Below are positions 9,336 through 18,126 of a stretch of 64,000 nucleotides of DNA, one piece after another. The stretch comes from Patescibacteria group bacterium (GTDB taxonomy: Bacteria > Patescibacteriota > WWE3 > UBA101185 > UBA10185): contig JBMORU010000001.1 of the NCBI GenBank assembly GCA_049322215.1, positions 452,023 through 516,022 of the forward strand, written 5' to 3'. The notes under the pieces were generated by a model. That model saw nothing but the letters and a program-made list of their open reading frames with translations. It did not search any database and had not been told where the DNA came from. Every line of letters begins with the position of its first letter. The first letter of the stretch is position 1. A program made the translations under genes and the position numbers.

Positions 9336-10583
9336 ATGAAATCATTAATCAGTTTTATAAAATCCAAAAAGCGTTACCTACTCATCGCACTTTCGATTGG
9401 AGGCATAATTTTTACAGGTCAACATCTATTAAGCGAAGATACTTCCTCGGACGCTCAGCAAGAAAGTATAACGGTAACTGTGGAAAGAGGAGCTATATCT
9501 CAAACTGTTTCAGCTTCTGGACAAATTGAAACCGCAAATTATTTAGGTGTGACAACCAGTGTAAATGGAATTGTTAAGGATGTATTTGTTAAGGAAGGAG
9601 ATACAGTTACAAAAGGTCAGCCAATTATGGTAATCACTTTAAACGCGGATGGTGAAGAAAACCTAGCTTCTGCGTGGGGTTCCTATCTTTCAGCAAAAAA
9701 TTCCTTAGAAAGTGCAACAGACAGTTTAAGTTCTTTAGAGTCCGCACTCATAACAGCTAAAGAAGCCTTTCAAGATGAAAAGGAGTCCAACAGCTATCAA
9801 ACTCATGACGAAAGAACTTCCTATACACTTGCAGAAAATACTGTAGAAACAGCTCAAGCAAATTATGACAACAAGCTCGATGAAATTAACCAAAAACAAG
9901 TTGCGTTGAATAAAGCGTGGTTAACTTACCAAGCACAATCTCCTACAATTGTTGCACCTAGCAGCGGTATTGTTGCAAATATTGTAGTTGTTGAAGGTAT
10001 GGATATTACTAACTCATTATCAGAAAGGACATCTTCAACTGTTGCTTCCATTAAAAACGAGGGAACACCGATTGCAACACTAAATATTAGCGAAGTGGAC
10101 ATAAATAAAGTAAAGGTTGGTCAGAAAGTTGGAGTTACATTGAACAGTAACAGTGATGAGCTGTTTATGGCTACTGTAGTAGGAATAGATAAGATTGGTA
10201 GTACTTCAAGTGGCGTATCTAATTATCCAGTGATTGTTAAATTTGACGAAGGATCCGACCTAGTACTTCCTAACATGGGCGTAGATGCAGAAATAATTAT
10301 CCAAGAAAAGGTTGATATTTTGTATGTACCAAGCTCTGCAATAAGTTCAGTTAGAGGGAGTACAGTTGTTAACGTAGTTGATGGTGTTACAGTAAGACCT
10401 GTAGAAGTAGAAACAGGCATTTCGACAAATGAATATACAGAAATAACCTCAGGTGTAGAACAAGGTACAGTTATACAGATAGACACGTTACCGACAACAG
10501 GATTTACCTCATCTAGTAATGACCAAGAAGGCTCTGGGGGAAGACCAGGTTTGGTACCATTTAGTGGTGGTGGAAGGAGATAA
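9336..10583 (+). CDS. HlyD/MacA-family periplasmic adaptor (membrane fusion protein)
   Basis: N-terminal TM, biotinyl/lipoyl-like hairpin GIVKDVFVKEGDTVTKGQPIMVI, long coiled-coil, and beta-barrel motifs. Located upstream of ABC ATPase and permease genes. Confidence 0.75.
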   Translation: MKSLISFIKSKKRYLLIALSIGGIIFTGQHLLSEDTSSDAQQESITVTVERGAISQTVSASGQIETANYLGVTTSVNGIVKDVFVKEGDTVTKGQPIMVITLNADGEENLASAWGSYLSAKNSLESATDSLSSLESALITAKEAFQDEKESNSYQTHDERTSYTLAENTVETAQANYDNKLDEINQKQVALNKAWLTYQAQSPTIVAPSSGIVANIVVVEGMDITNSLSERTSSTVASIKNEGTPIATLNISEVDINKVKVGQKVGVTLNSNSDELFMATVVGIDKIGSTSSGVSNYPVIVKFDEGSDLVLPNMGVDAEIIIQEKVDILYVPSSAISSVRGSTVVNVVDGVTVRPVEVETGISTNEYTEITSGVEQGTVIQIDTLPTTGFTSSSNDQEGSGGRPGLVPFSGGGRR

Positions 10584-10586
10584 TAC

Positions 10587-11291
10587 GTGCTCGAGGTTAA
10601 AAACGTATCAAAAATATACGAAAATGGTTCAGTTAAAACCATAGCCTTAGATGATGTTAGCTTCAAAATTGAAAAGGGTGAATTTGTTGCAATTATAGGG
10701 CCGTCTGGTTCAGGAAAATCCACTTTAATGCATATACTTGGCGCCCTTGATATTCCCACTTCAGGTGAATACTTACTTAATAATACAAATGTTGAACACA
10801 TGGACGACGATGAACTGGCAGATATAAGAAATAAGGAAATTGGGTTTGTATTCCAAGCGTACAACCTGCTTGCTAGAAGTTCTGCATTAAAGAATGTTTC
10901 TTTACCTATGATGTACGCAGGAATACCCAAAAAGGAACGCTATTATAGGGCTGTTAGTGCTTTAGAGGCAGTCGAGCTTGGAGACAAACTTAATAATGAG
11001 CCTAATCAGCTGTCAGGGGGGCAAAAACAGCGTGTTGCTATTGCTCGCGCATTATCTATGAACCCAAGCATCTTACTAGCAGATGAACCAACTGGAAATT
11101 TACCTACAAAACAAAGTGCAGAAATAATGGATATTTTCGATACCTTGAATATTAAAGGGCATACAGTACTTGTTATTACGCATGAAGATGAAATAGCAGC
11201 AAGAGCAAAAAGGGTAATTACTTTAGTAGATGGTAAAGTGGTTAGCGATAAAAAAGGTAAACACGAAAGGGTTGAACATGCGATTAATTGA
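10587..11291 (+). CDS. ABC transporter ATP-binding protein (MacB/LolD-like)
   Basis: Walker A GPSGSGKST, ABC signature LSGGQKQRVAIARAL, Walker B LLADEPTGNL. GTG start 4 nt after the adaptor stop. Confidence 0.85.
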   Translation: MLEVKNVSKIYENGSVKTIALDDVSFKIEKGEFVAIIGPSGSGKSTLMHILGALDIPTSGEYLLNNTNVEHMDDDELADIRNKEIGFVFQAYNLLARSSALKNVSLPMMYAGIPKKERYYRAVSALEAVELGDKLNNEPNQLSGGQKQRVAIARALSMNPSILLADEPTGNLPTKQSAEIMDIFDTLNIKGHTVLVITHEDEIAARAKRVITLVDGKVVSDKKGKHERVEHAIN

Positions 11292-12498
11292 ACTTTTTGA
11301 AGAAAGTATTTCGGTCTTAACCACAAACAGATTAAGAACGGGTCTTTCCGCACTCGGAATAATAATTGGTATAGGGTCTGTAATTACTTTAATGACTTTA
11401 GGGCAAGCAAGCCAACAAAGTGTTACTGAAAATATACAATCTTTGGGAGCTAATTTGTTAACAATATCTCCAGGATCTCAACAAGGGTTTGGATTTGTTA
11501 GAAATTCCAATAATAGCGTAACTACACTAACAAACGAAGACGCTAAAGCTATAGCAAAGTCACAAAGATTAACAACCATAGACAAAGTTGCTGCAAGCTA
11601 TTCGGCCAATTCACAAGTCTCTTATGGTTCAAACAACGATAATATTCAAATTGAAGGTGTAACAGCGGAATATTTTTCACTAAGAAATATTGATTTGCTA
11701 CTTGGACAACAAATTACAGAGCAGGACAATTTGCTTGTAAGAAAAAATGCAGTAATCAGCCAAGATGTTGTTGATGAGCTTATGGAAGGCACCGCTAACC
11801 CTATTGGCGAAACAATCAGGATAAGTGGGAATACATTTACAATAATTGGTGTTACAGAAGGACAATCTGGCTTTGGAGGATCAAGTAGTGTAATTTATAT
11901 TCCTCTTAGTACAGCACAAAATATCTTATTCGGTGTAAGTCATGTTAGTTCAATTTATGTAGGTGCAGAAGATGAAAACCAAATGGAGGCAGCTGAAAAT
12001 CAACTAGGTTGGCTTCTTCTAGAGTTACATGGGCTAGATACACCAACAGATGCTGACTTTTCTATTTCATCGCAAGGAGACATTCTAGAAACTGTTGGGG
12101 AGGTAACACAAACATTTACAACACTTTTAACAGGAATAGCTGCTATTTCGCTAGTTGTTGGTGGTATTGGAATTATGAATATAATGCTTGTTACTGTAAC
12201 CGAAAGAACAAGAGAAATCGGTATTAGAAAAGCAATCGGCGCTAAAAGAAAAGTAATAATACTACAATTTTTGATTGAATCTGTTCTTTTAACAGTAACC
12301 GGTGGATTTATAGGTGTAATTCTGGGTTTAGGTTTGTCCTTTATACTTACAAATTCAATGTCCCTACCAAACGTTGTTTCCTATAACGCAATTGGTCTTG
12401 CGGTTATGGTGTCTTGCATAATCGGCGTGGTATTTGGAATTTATCCTGCTTACAAGGCTTCAAAATTGCAACCTATTGAAGCACTAAGATACGAGTAA
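11278..12498 (+). CDS. ABC transporter permease, FtsX/MacB-like, with periplasmic domain
   Basis: MRLIELFEESISVL...4 TM helices with a large periplasmic loop. ATG at 11278 overlaps the ATPase stop, indicating translational coupling. Confidence 0.75.
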   Translation: MRLIELFEESISVLTTNRLRTGLSALGIIIGIGSVITLMTLGQASQQSVTENIQSLGANLLTISPGSQQGFGFVRNSNNSVTTLTNEDAKAIAKSQRLTTIDKVAASYSANSQVSYGSNNDNIQIEGVTAEYFSLRNIDLLLGQQITEQDNLLVRKNAVISQDVVDELMEGTANPIGETIRISGNTFTIIGVTEGQSGFGGSSSVIYIPLSTAQNILFGVSHVSSIYVGAEDENQMEAAENQLGWLLLELHGLDTPTDADFSISSQGDILETVGEVTQTFTTLLTGIAAISLVVGGIGIMNIMLVTVTERTREIGIRKAIGAKRKVIILQFLIESVLLTVTGGFIGVILGLGLSFILTNSMSLPNVVSYNAIGLAVMVSCIIGVVFGIYPAYKASKLQPIEALRYE

Positions 12499-12540
12499 TT
12501 GTTTAAGCTTATTCTCAGGAAAAGGCGCTAACATTTTCTC

Positions 12541-12813
12541 ATGAACAAACAATTAATAACTTACATAGCTCTTGCAGCAATCATTACCGGTCTACTTGGT
12601 TTCTATGGTGGTAGATTTTATGAAAGAAAAACCTCCCAACGCGATATGTCTCAGAGAATGCAAAACTTTGAGGAAGGAAACTTTCAACCTGAAGATAGAC
12701 CAGCGCGTGGAAACTTTCCAGAAGGTGGGAATTTAAGAATTCCCGTACAAAACAATACTGAACAAAATACAGATCAGGAAACTGGTCAAGCTACCGAATC
12801 AGAAAAGCAATAG
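12541..12813 (+). CDS. small membrane-anchored E/Q-rich hypothetical protein
   Basis: 90 aa with an N-terminal TM and a low-complexity tail. Followed by a 15-bp inverted repeat hairpin at 12860-12908. Confidence 0.4.
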   Translation: MNKQLITYIALAAIITGLLGFYGGRFYERKTSQRDMSQRMQNFEEGNFQPEDRPARGNFPEGGNLRIPVQNNTEQNTDQETGQATESEKQ

Positions 12814-12933
12814 TCTATACAGAAAGATTACCTACTTAAGGAAACAAAGTCATTAAGTCCTTACAAATGATTAAAGCCCTATCCAGAATTGATGCGATGA
12901 TTTTGCATTCTGTATAGGGCTTTGATGTAGTGG

Positions 12934-13293
12934 CTATTTATAGAAAATTCTTGATGGATCTCGACGTTTCGACCATTCCGCTTCACTTGCTTTGTATTTG
13001 TTGTAAAGCTTTTTTAGTTCGTATGCGGCCAGGTCAGGGATATCCACATTCTTCCTCGGGATTGCCAATGAAAACAACATACTATCGTCAAGATATATGC
13101 TGTCGCACCGGCGCACCTCTAAAAGAGCTTCGTGTAATGCAGTGGCGTGAATACCCTTCGGATTTGTAGACTCAAACTGGAACCATACCCTTAGGTATTC
13201 TCCATAATCGTCGCTGGTGTCAAACCCTAACAACGTGAGCTTTCCAAACCCTACTACTGAATACTGCCGTCCTATTTGTATATTCTTGTTCAT
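12934..13293 (-). CDS. hypothetical protein (about 120 aa), compositionally distinct (higher GC, CTG/GCG/CGT codons)
   Basis: Start at MNKNIQIGRQ is preceded by a perfect RBS (reverse strand ccatataAGGAGattgaaATG). No recognisable motif. Confidence 0.5.
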   Translation of the reverse strand: MNKNIQIGRQYSVVGFGKLTLLGFDTSDDYGEYLRVWFQFESTNPKGIHATALHEALLEVRRCDSIYLDDSMLFSLAIPRKNVDIPDLAAYELKKLYNKYKASEAEWSKRRDPSRIFYK

Positions 13294-13470
13294 TTCAATC
13301 TCCTTATATGGGTATTGTAACTTTACAAAAAAAATGTATGGTCTTGCCATAAACCACACCAGATAGGAGGTTAATCAGTAATGACGCTATTATACTATAG
13401 GTTGAGATGTGTTGCAACTAAATGTTAACCCATGATTCTTGGGATCACCAAAGAATAAGTTCTATTAACG

Positions 13471-14658
13471 CTAGAGATCTTCACAAACAGTGAGTTTAAG
13501 AGAAACAGACTCTGCAGGGAATTGGTCTAAAAGGAAGTGTTCTACTCTTATGTTTACCTGACCTAGTGGTCTTGGAACTGAGGTTTTCCAGGGTTGTCCT
13601 TGAAGGGGATACCAGCCATCGTCAGGATTTAAACCACTGTCTTGATAAGTTCCTATCAATTCCTCAGGAGGGCCTTCTACAAAAACTTTAAATGACTCTG
13701 TGCTTTGTGGGGGCTCTCCGCATCTTCCACCGTTTGGGCACGCATAGCAAAGTGCACCATCAGGACAATCTGATGGATGTCCTTCCCCACCATAACCCAC
13801 AACCGTAACTCTTGAGGTACGCGTTAAATTAAATGAAAATGTTTTCACGTTATGAATCGTATGGTCTGTAGAACTAATGACAAAGTCATTTATAACTCCA
13901 ATTTCTGTAGTTCCTGCGGGGCATGAAGTAGGCGATGGTTCGACCCATACAGAACAGTTTCCGCAATCAGTTGAGCATGTTGAGCACAATTCCGCACCAT
14001 TGCAAATACCGTCACCGCATACAGGAGGCGGTAGGGAACATGTGCCGCAGTCAGACGAACAGGTGGAGCAGGATTCAGTGCCGTTGCAGGTACCATCACC
14101 GCATACAGGGGGAGGTGGGGAACATGTGCCGCAATCAGACGAACAGGTGGAGCAGGATTCAGTGCCGTTGCAGGTACCATCACCACATGCAGGAGGTGGT
14201 GGGGGTGGCGTACTTGGTACTGTGCATGAATTAACAATATAAGCGCATCCAGACACGTCTTCGAATATAGTTCTATCAATAGAGCAATAGCTTAAGCAGC
14301 CGGTATCAAAGCGCGTTGCGTCTACTGAAAATGCATTTGGAGTACCAGGTATGAAGTTATAAGTGTATATTGCTCCATCTGGAGTGCCACTTGGCCAGTT
14401 TTTTACATATGTAGATACTCCTTCTTCGTCTGCTATATCTCCGTTTCCATTTAGGTCTTGAGGAACGTATCCTTCTAGTTGTACAAAGGCGTGTAAGGAT
14501 TCACTAGCTTTAAGCAAGTTTGATCTAACTACCGCGTTTTTGGCGGCATCAGTCTTTTTGTTTCTATTTACTACATTTAAGGCAATTGTTGAAAGTCCTC
14601 CTAGGAGAATCACAACGATTAATAGCTCTATTAGTGTGAATCCTTTGGTATTGTTCAT
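13471..14658 (-). CDS. type IV pilin/pseudopilin-like protein (prepilin N-terminal methylation motif) carrying a Cys-rich tandem repeat
   Basis: The N-terminus MNNTKGFTLIELLIVVILLGG is a class III signal (G|FTLIEL). Three copies of CGDGTCNGTESCSTCSSDCGTCS separated by PPPPV. Confidence 0.75.
   Translation of the reverse strand: MNNTKGFTLIELLIVVILLGGLSTIALNVVNRNKKTDAAKNAVVRSNLLKASESLHAFVQLEGYVPQDLNGNGDIADEEGVSTYVKNWPSGTPDGAIYTYNFIPGTPNAFSVDATRFDTGCLSYCSIDRTIFEDVSGCAYIVNSCTVPSTPPPPPPACGDGTCNGTESCSTCSSDCGTCSPPPPVCGDGTCNGTESCSTCSSDCGTCSLPPPVCGDGICNGAELCSTCSTDCGNCSVWVEPSPTSCPAGTTEIGVINDFVISSTDHTIHNVKTFSFNLTRTSRVTVVGYGGEGHPSDCPDGALCYACPNGGRCGEPPQSTESFKVFVEGPPEELIGTYQDSGLNPDDGWYPLQGQPWKTSVPRPLGQVNIRVEHFLLDQFPAESVSLKLTVCEDL
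14017..14184. repeat. 84-bp coding tandem repeat (two near-identical units, diverged partial copies on both sides about 13971-14215) inside the pilin-like gene
   Basis: 14017-14100 and 14101-14184 differ at only a few positions. Each unit encodes one Cys-rich unit plus its Pro linker. Confidence 0.8.
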
Positions 14659-14872
14659 TATTTTTATTAAAAATGAATTTTTGTTTATGCAATAAAGATA
14701 CTTACTCTAAATCTATGCACATAATCACAATAACATAATTTACAGGCAGTCCAAATATTTTAAGAAAACAGATTTAATAGCTTGAAAGATGGGAAAGTGA
14801 TTTTTATTCTTATGAGAAGGGGATGTACTTTTGAAAAGTTTATTAGACTAACTTAGGAGTATAGTTTATTTA

Positions 14873-15376
14873 ATGAAAAAACTTTTCCTTATAATTTTCA
14901 TTGTATTGTTGACCCTTGTTGTTGCTGCGATTTATTTTACAAAGCAGAGCCCCGCCACCCCAGACATAAAAGTACGAAAACCCGAATCTGAAGCTTTTCC
15001 CTCAAATACTGAAGAAACTGACTCGAATTTAGAGCCTCCATCAAAAGTGGATGATTTAATAATTTTGGAATCTCCACGCGTTGAAGATACAGTTTCTTCC
15101 CCACTTGTTGTGCGTGGTGAAGCTAGAGGGACATGGTTTTTTGAAGCCACATTTCCCGTTATTTTAACCGATTGGGATGGCAGAATTATTGCCGAAACCT
15201 ATGCAACTGCACAAGATGAGTGGATGACAGAGGCCTATGTTCCATTTGAAGCTACTATAGAATTTGATGTTGATACTTCTGTAAGTAACCGTGGAAGTCT
15301 TATTCTTCAAAAGGCAAATCCTTCCGGCCTACCAGAAAATGACAATGCACTAGAAATAACTGTTTATTTTGAATAG
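14873..15376 (+). CDS. secreted/anchored protein with Gmad2-like immunoglobulin-like domain
   Basis: N-terminal TM/signal. SPLVVRGEARGTWFFEATFPVILTDWDGRIIAETYATAQDEWMTEAYVPFEATIEFD matches the Gmad2 pattern. Confidence 0.5.
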   Translation: MKKLFLIIFIVLLTLVVAAIYFTKQSPATPDIKVRKPESEAFPSNTEETDSNLEPPSKVDDLIILESPRVEDTVSSPLVVRGEARGTWFFEATFPVILTDWDGRIIAETYATAQDEWMTEAYVPFEATIEFDVDTSVSNRGSLILQKANPSGLPENDNALEITVYFE

Positions 15377-15416
15377 TTAGTCCGGTATTAAACTTTTCCT
15401 GTGTTAAGATTATCCT

Positions 15417-15506
15417 ATGCAAATCGGAGTATTTTCAGACGCGCATGATAATTTAGAAAGCTTTAAAGGTAATGTTCACGCCGTTTATGGGAACATCGAA
15501 GATTGA
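15417..15506 (+). pseudogene. N-terminal fragment of a calcineurin-like metallophosphoesterase (MQIGVFSDAHDN...), truncated after 29 codons
   Basis: MQIGVFSDAHDNLESFKGNVHAVYGNIED* carries the GDxHG-type motif-I context (xIGVxSDxHxN) of YfcE-like phosphoesterases but stops immediately. Further short unrelated ORF scraps follow up to about 15660. Confidence 0.45.
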
Positions 15507-15686
15507 TTTACCCTTACTCAGCTAGCATATACAGAATTAAATAATCTTCAATTATATGGCGAACATGCAGAACTAGAATTGGAAAGGATGTTTTATGCTT
15601 AAAGACAAAGTTGCTGGAGCAAAACCCTAACATGTTTGTTGAGTTGCCTCCTAAACTTAGTGTTATTTTTGGTGTAATATTTAAAC

Positions 15687-15986
15687 ATGCTTTTTTGGTC
15701 TGGAAAAGGCTATATGGTCTTTTTAATTTTAATTGGTAGTTTGGGCGCTACTGAATTATTGTCTGAACTTGTATTTAATAATTCCTCTTATTTTCAAACA
15801 ACATGGTGGCCGGTTTTAACGGCTTTTTTGGTTGCTGCTTATTTAGTAAAAATCTACGTGGGACATTTAAAAAATAAATCTTCTAATGATATAGCACATG
15901 CAACCGCCTTCTTTATTGGTATAGACAAGTGGGACAAAATTTTAGTTGGCTTAGGTATTTTATTTTCACTGTATATATTATTTTAA
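15687..15986 (+). CDS. small polytopic membrane protein (3 TM), hypothetical
   Basis: 99 aa, strongly hydrophobic. Confidence 0.4.
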   Translation: MLFWSGKGYMVFLILIGSLGATELLSELVFNNSSYFQTTWWPVLTAFLVAAYLVKIYVGHLKNKSSNDIAHATAFFIGIDKWDKILVGLGILFSLYILF

Positions 15987-15987
15987 T

Positions 15988-16209
15988 TTAGAGTAATCCA
16001 CCAAAAGTAAACATTAAGCTTAAAAAGGCTATTAGTGGTAAATATTTAGCTAATTTATATTGTTTATTTTTTTTATAAATTACTAAGGAAACAATATAAA
16101 ACACTAACAATGCGTATAAAACTGGTTTTTGTGCTGGGCTATAGCTTAGCAGCGTAAAAAAAGAGTAAACTGCCCAAGGGATTAGCAGTATGTAATATAT
16201 TATGCTCAT
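15988..16209 (-). CDS. small membrane protein (2-3 TM), hypothetical
   Basis: 73 aa. Overlaps the next gene by 4 nt (ATGA). Confidence 0.4.
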   Translation of the reverse strand: MSIIYYILLIPWAVYSFFTLLSYSPAQKPVLYALLVFYIVSLVIYKKNKQYKLAKYLPLIAFLSLMFTFGGLL

Positions 16210-16700
16210 TTGAATTCCTTTTTTAAATAATAGTCTTTAACATAGTTAGTGTAGCAGTTATTTATATCACATTGTTGTATTGCTTTACTATCTACCTTGC
16301 TTCTTTCGTAGGCTGCATTTTCAATATACTTAGCATGTAAGTCTCTTAATATGTACCCGGTGGAAAACATTACTACGTTTACTGCCCATAAAGTTAATCC
16401 TAAAGTTATTGCATATAAAATGTAGTAAGTAGTTACTTTTTGTATGCTAGACATCATTAAAAGAAAAAACATTAAGAGTATTAATGTAAGTAACATAGCT
16501 ATTCCTATTTTGTAAGTAAGGCCATTAAGTAAATCGTTAAAGAGTAGTTCCCGCACGGTCAAAGTAGGCGCATTTGCATGTTCTACAACGTCTAAAAGTT
16601 TAGGTAATACAAAAACAAATAACAAATATATTGAATATCCCATATATATGGTTGTTATGAATAATGGAATTCCTAAAACAAGTTTGTGTTTTGGTTGCAT
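16206..16700 (-). CDS. membrane protein (4 TM), hypothetical
   Basis: 164 aa. Translationally coupled to the 15988-16209 ORF. Confidence 0.45.
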   Translation of the reverse strand: MQPKHKLVLGIPLFITTIYMGYSIYLLFVFVLPKLLDVVEHANAPTLTVRELLFNDLLNGLTYKIGIAMLLTLILLMFFLLMMSSIQKVTTYYILYAITLGLTLWAVNVVMFSTGYILRDLHAKYIENAAYERSKVDSKAIQQCDINNCYTNYVKDYYLKKEFK

Positions 16701-16789
16701 ATTAAAATTTTAGCATTTTATTTTATTGAGGAAAAAAATGAGGAGTCGGTATACAAGTTTTATTTTGTATACAGAGCTCCTCGTAGGGT

Positions 16790-17167
16790 TTAGGCCGGGT
16801 TTGCTTTTGCGTTATCTGCTGGAGAGAGCTTTTCCCAGGCTTTCATGATTAGGCCGACAGCAAAGTTTTCCATGGGGGTTTTCCAGTGGTCGCGAATGTA
16901 GTGTTCGGGAATTTCGATATTCCACTTTTGACCATCAGGAGAAGTGAAGGTTAGTTTGCCACCTTTGTCGTCTTCAAGCTGTTTGGTCAACCATTCTGCC
17001 ATTAGAATTTGTCCGCCGGGAAGGAACTTAAACTCTGCATTGGCGACAGTTTTGCCGTTACGTTCAAGTTGCATACCAAAACGGTGCGCTGGGATGTTAA
17101 TAGCATCCAAAACTTTGTATGCTAGTCGATACCAAGCCATTTGCAAATTCGTCAAGTTTTCGTCCAT
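16790..17167 (-). CDS. hypothetical protein (125 aa), higher GC than surroundings
   Basis: Hairpin terminator downstream (gaggag...ctcctc at about 16738-16785). No recognisable motif. Confidence 0.5.
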   Translation of the reverse strand: MDENLTNLQMAWYRLAYKVLDAINIPAHRFGMQLERNGKTVANAEFKFLPGGQILMAEWLTKQLEDDKGGKLTFTSPDGQKWNIEIPEHYIRDHWKTPMENFAVGLIMKAWEKLSPADNAKANPA

Positions 17168-17386
17168 TTTTTATGGAACCTCCAATTAGTATTTGATTGT
17201 AAATCTACCCGTATTCTACACTATAGGATGTTGGGTGTCAATCACGATTAAAGAATATCTAGCTTATAAAAAAGGAATTTTACAGTGTGCTGTTAGCCCC
17301 TTTATTTTTATAGGTTGAAACGTTTTCATGTATGTATTACAATCCCTCTACCTTTAATTACAAATAAAAGAAGTAAGGAGCTAAAG

Positions 17387-18076
17387 ATGGACTTTAATAA
17401 AGCCGATTTCGGCTTGCGTTGGGGTTTAATTTCGAAACGCGAGACTATCCCACTTGGGGGTTCTGCTGTTGAATTTGGTTCGGGGACTGGCCGTAATGTT
17501 GTGGCTATGGCTAAATATATTCCCGGAGCAATAGGATACGACTTGAGTCCTCATTTAATTGCGGGTGCAAAAAAGCGTATTTCTGAAGCAGGGGTTAATG
17601 CTCAGGTAGTATACGGAAACGCTTGGGACGTAGAAATAAAAAAAGGTTCGTTAGCTGTTGCAAGTGTAGACATGCTAATTTACCTTCCCAAGGGACGCGC
17701 CCGTAAAATGCTAAAAAAAGTTTGGCAGGGACTTAAACCAAATGGGTTGTTACATGTCGTATTTGCAATGCCTGATGATAATTCTCATCTGGATGAATTT
17801 TTTGAGTTTACACTTGCGCCTTTTCCCGAAGAGAAAGAACAGTTTTCGTACTATCACAGCTGTGGGGGATTTTACGGCATGTGTGAACATCAAGCTGAAG
17901 GTGTAGAAGGCGCAAGCTTTTGGACTCGCAGACAAGCATTTGGGGCACTACGTCAACTAGGTCCCTTTAGTTTTGTTTTCGCTCAACGTACCGCATGGTG
18001 GCAAAATAATGTTTACTCTGATGGTACAGAAAGATTAAGACGTGCTTTTTACCGCGTAACGGTCCAAAAAAAGTGA
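17387..18076 (+). CDS. class I SAM-dependent methyltransferase
   Basis: RBS AAGGAG then ATG at 17387. Motif I VEFGSGTGRN. Post-I acidic residue YDLSP. Motif LLKPNGLL. Confidence 0.7.
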   Translation: MDFNKADFGLRWGLISKRETIPLGGSAVEFGSGTGRNVVAMAKYIPGAIGYDLSPHLIAGAKKRISEAGVNAQVVYGNAWDVEIKKGSLAVASVDMLIYLPKGRARKMLKKVWQGLKPNGLLHVVFAMPDDNSHLDEFFEFTLAPFPEEKEQFSYYHSCGGFYGMCEHQAEGVEGASFWTRRQAFGALRQLGPFSFVFAQRTAWWQNNVYSDGTERLRRAFYRVTVQKK

Positions 18077-18126
18077 TTTGTCGTTAGACCTAAGGTATTT
18101 GTTAAAACAACTGCTTTAGGTCTTTT

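Noticed and set aside
13935-14215. Possible CRISPR array suggested by regular repeats
   Set aside because: The 84-bp units are contiguous coding repeats without unique spacers and lie inside an ORF. No cas genes are present.
13877-14279. Three overlapping ORFs (121, 129 and 99 aa) in and antisense to the pilin repeat region
   Set aside because: These are artefacts of the low-complexity GC-rich tandem repeat. The pilin frame has the signal motif and continuity.
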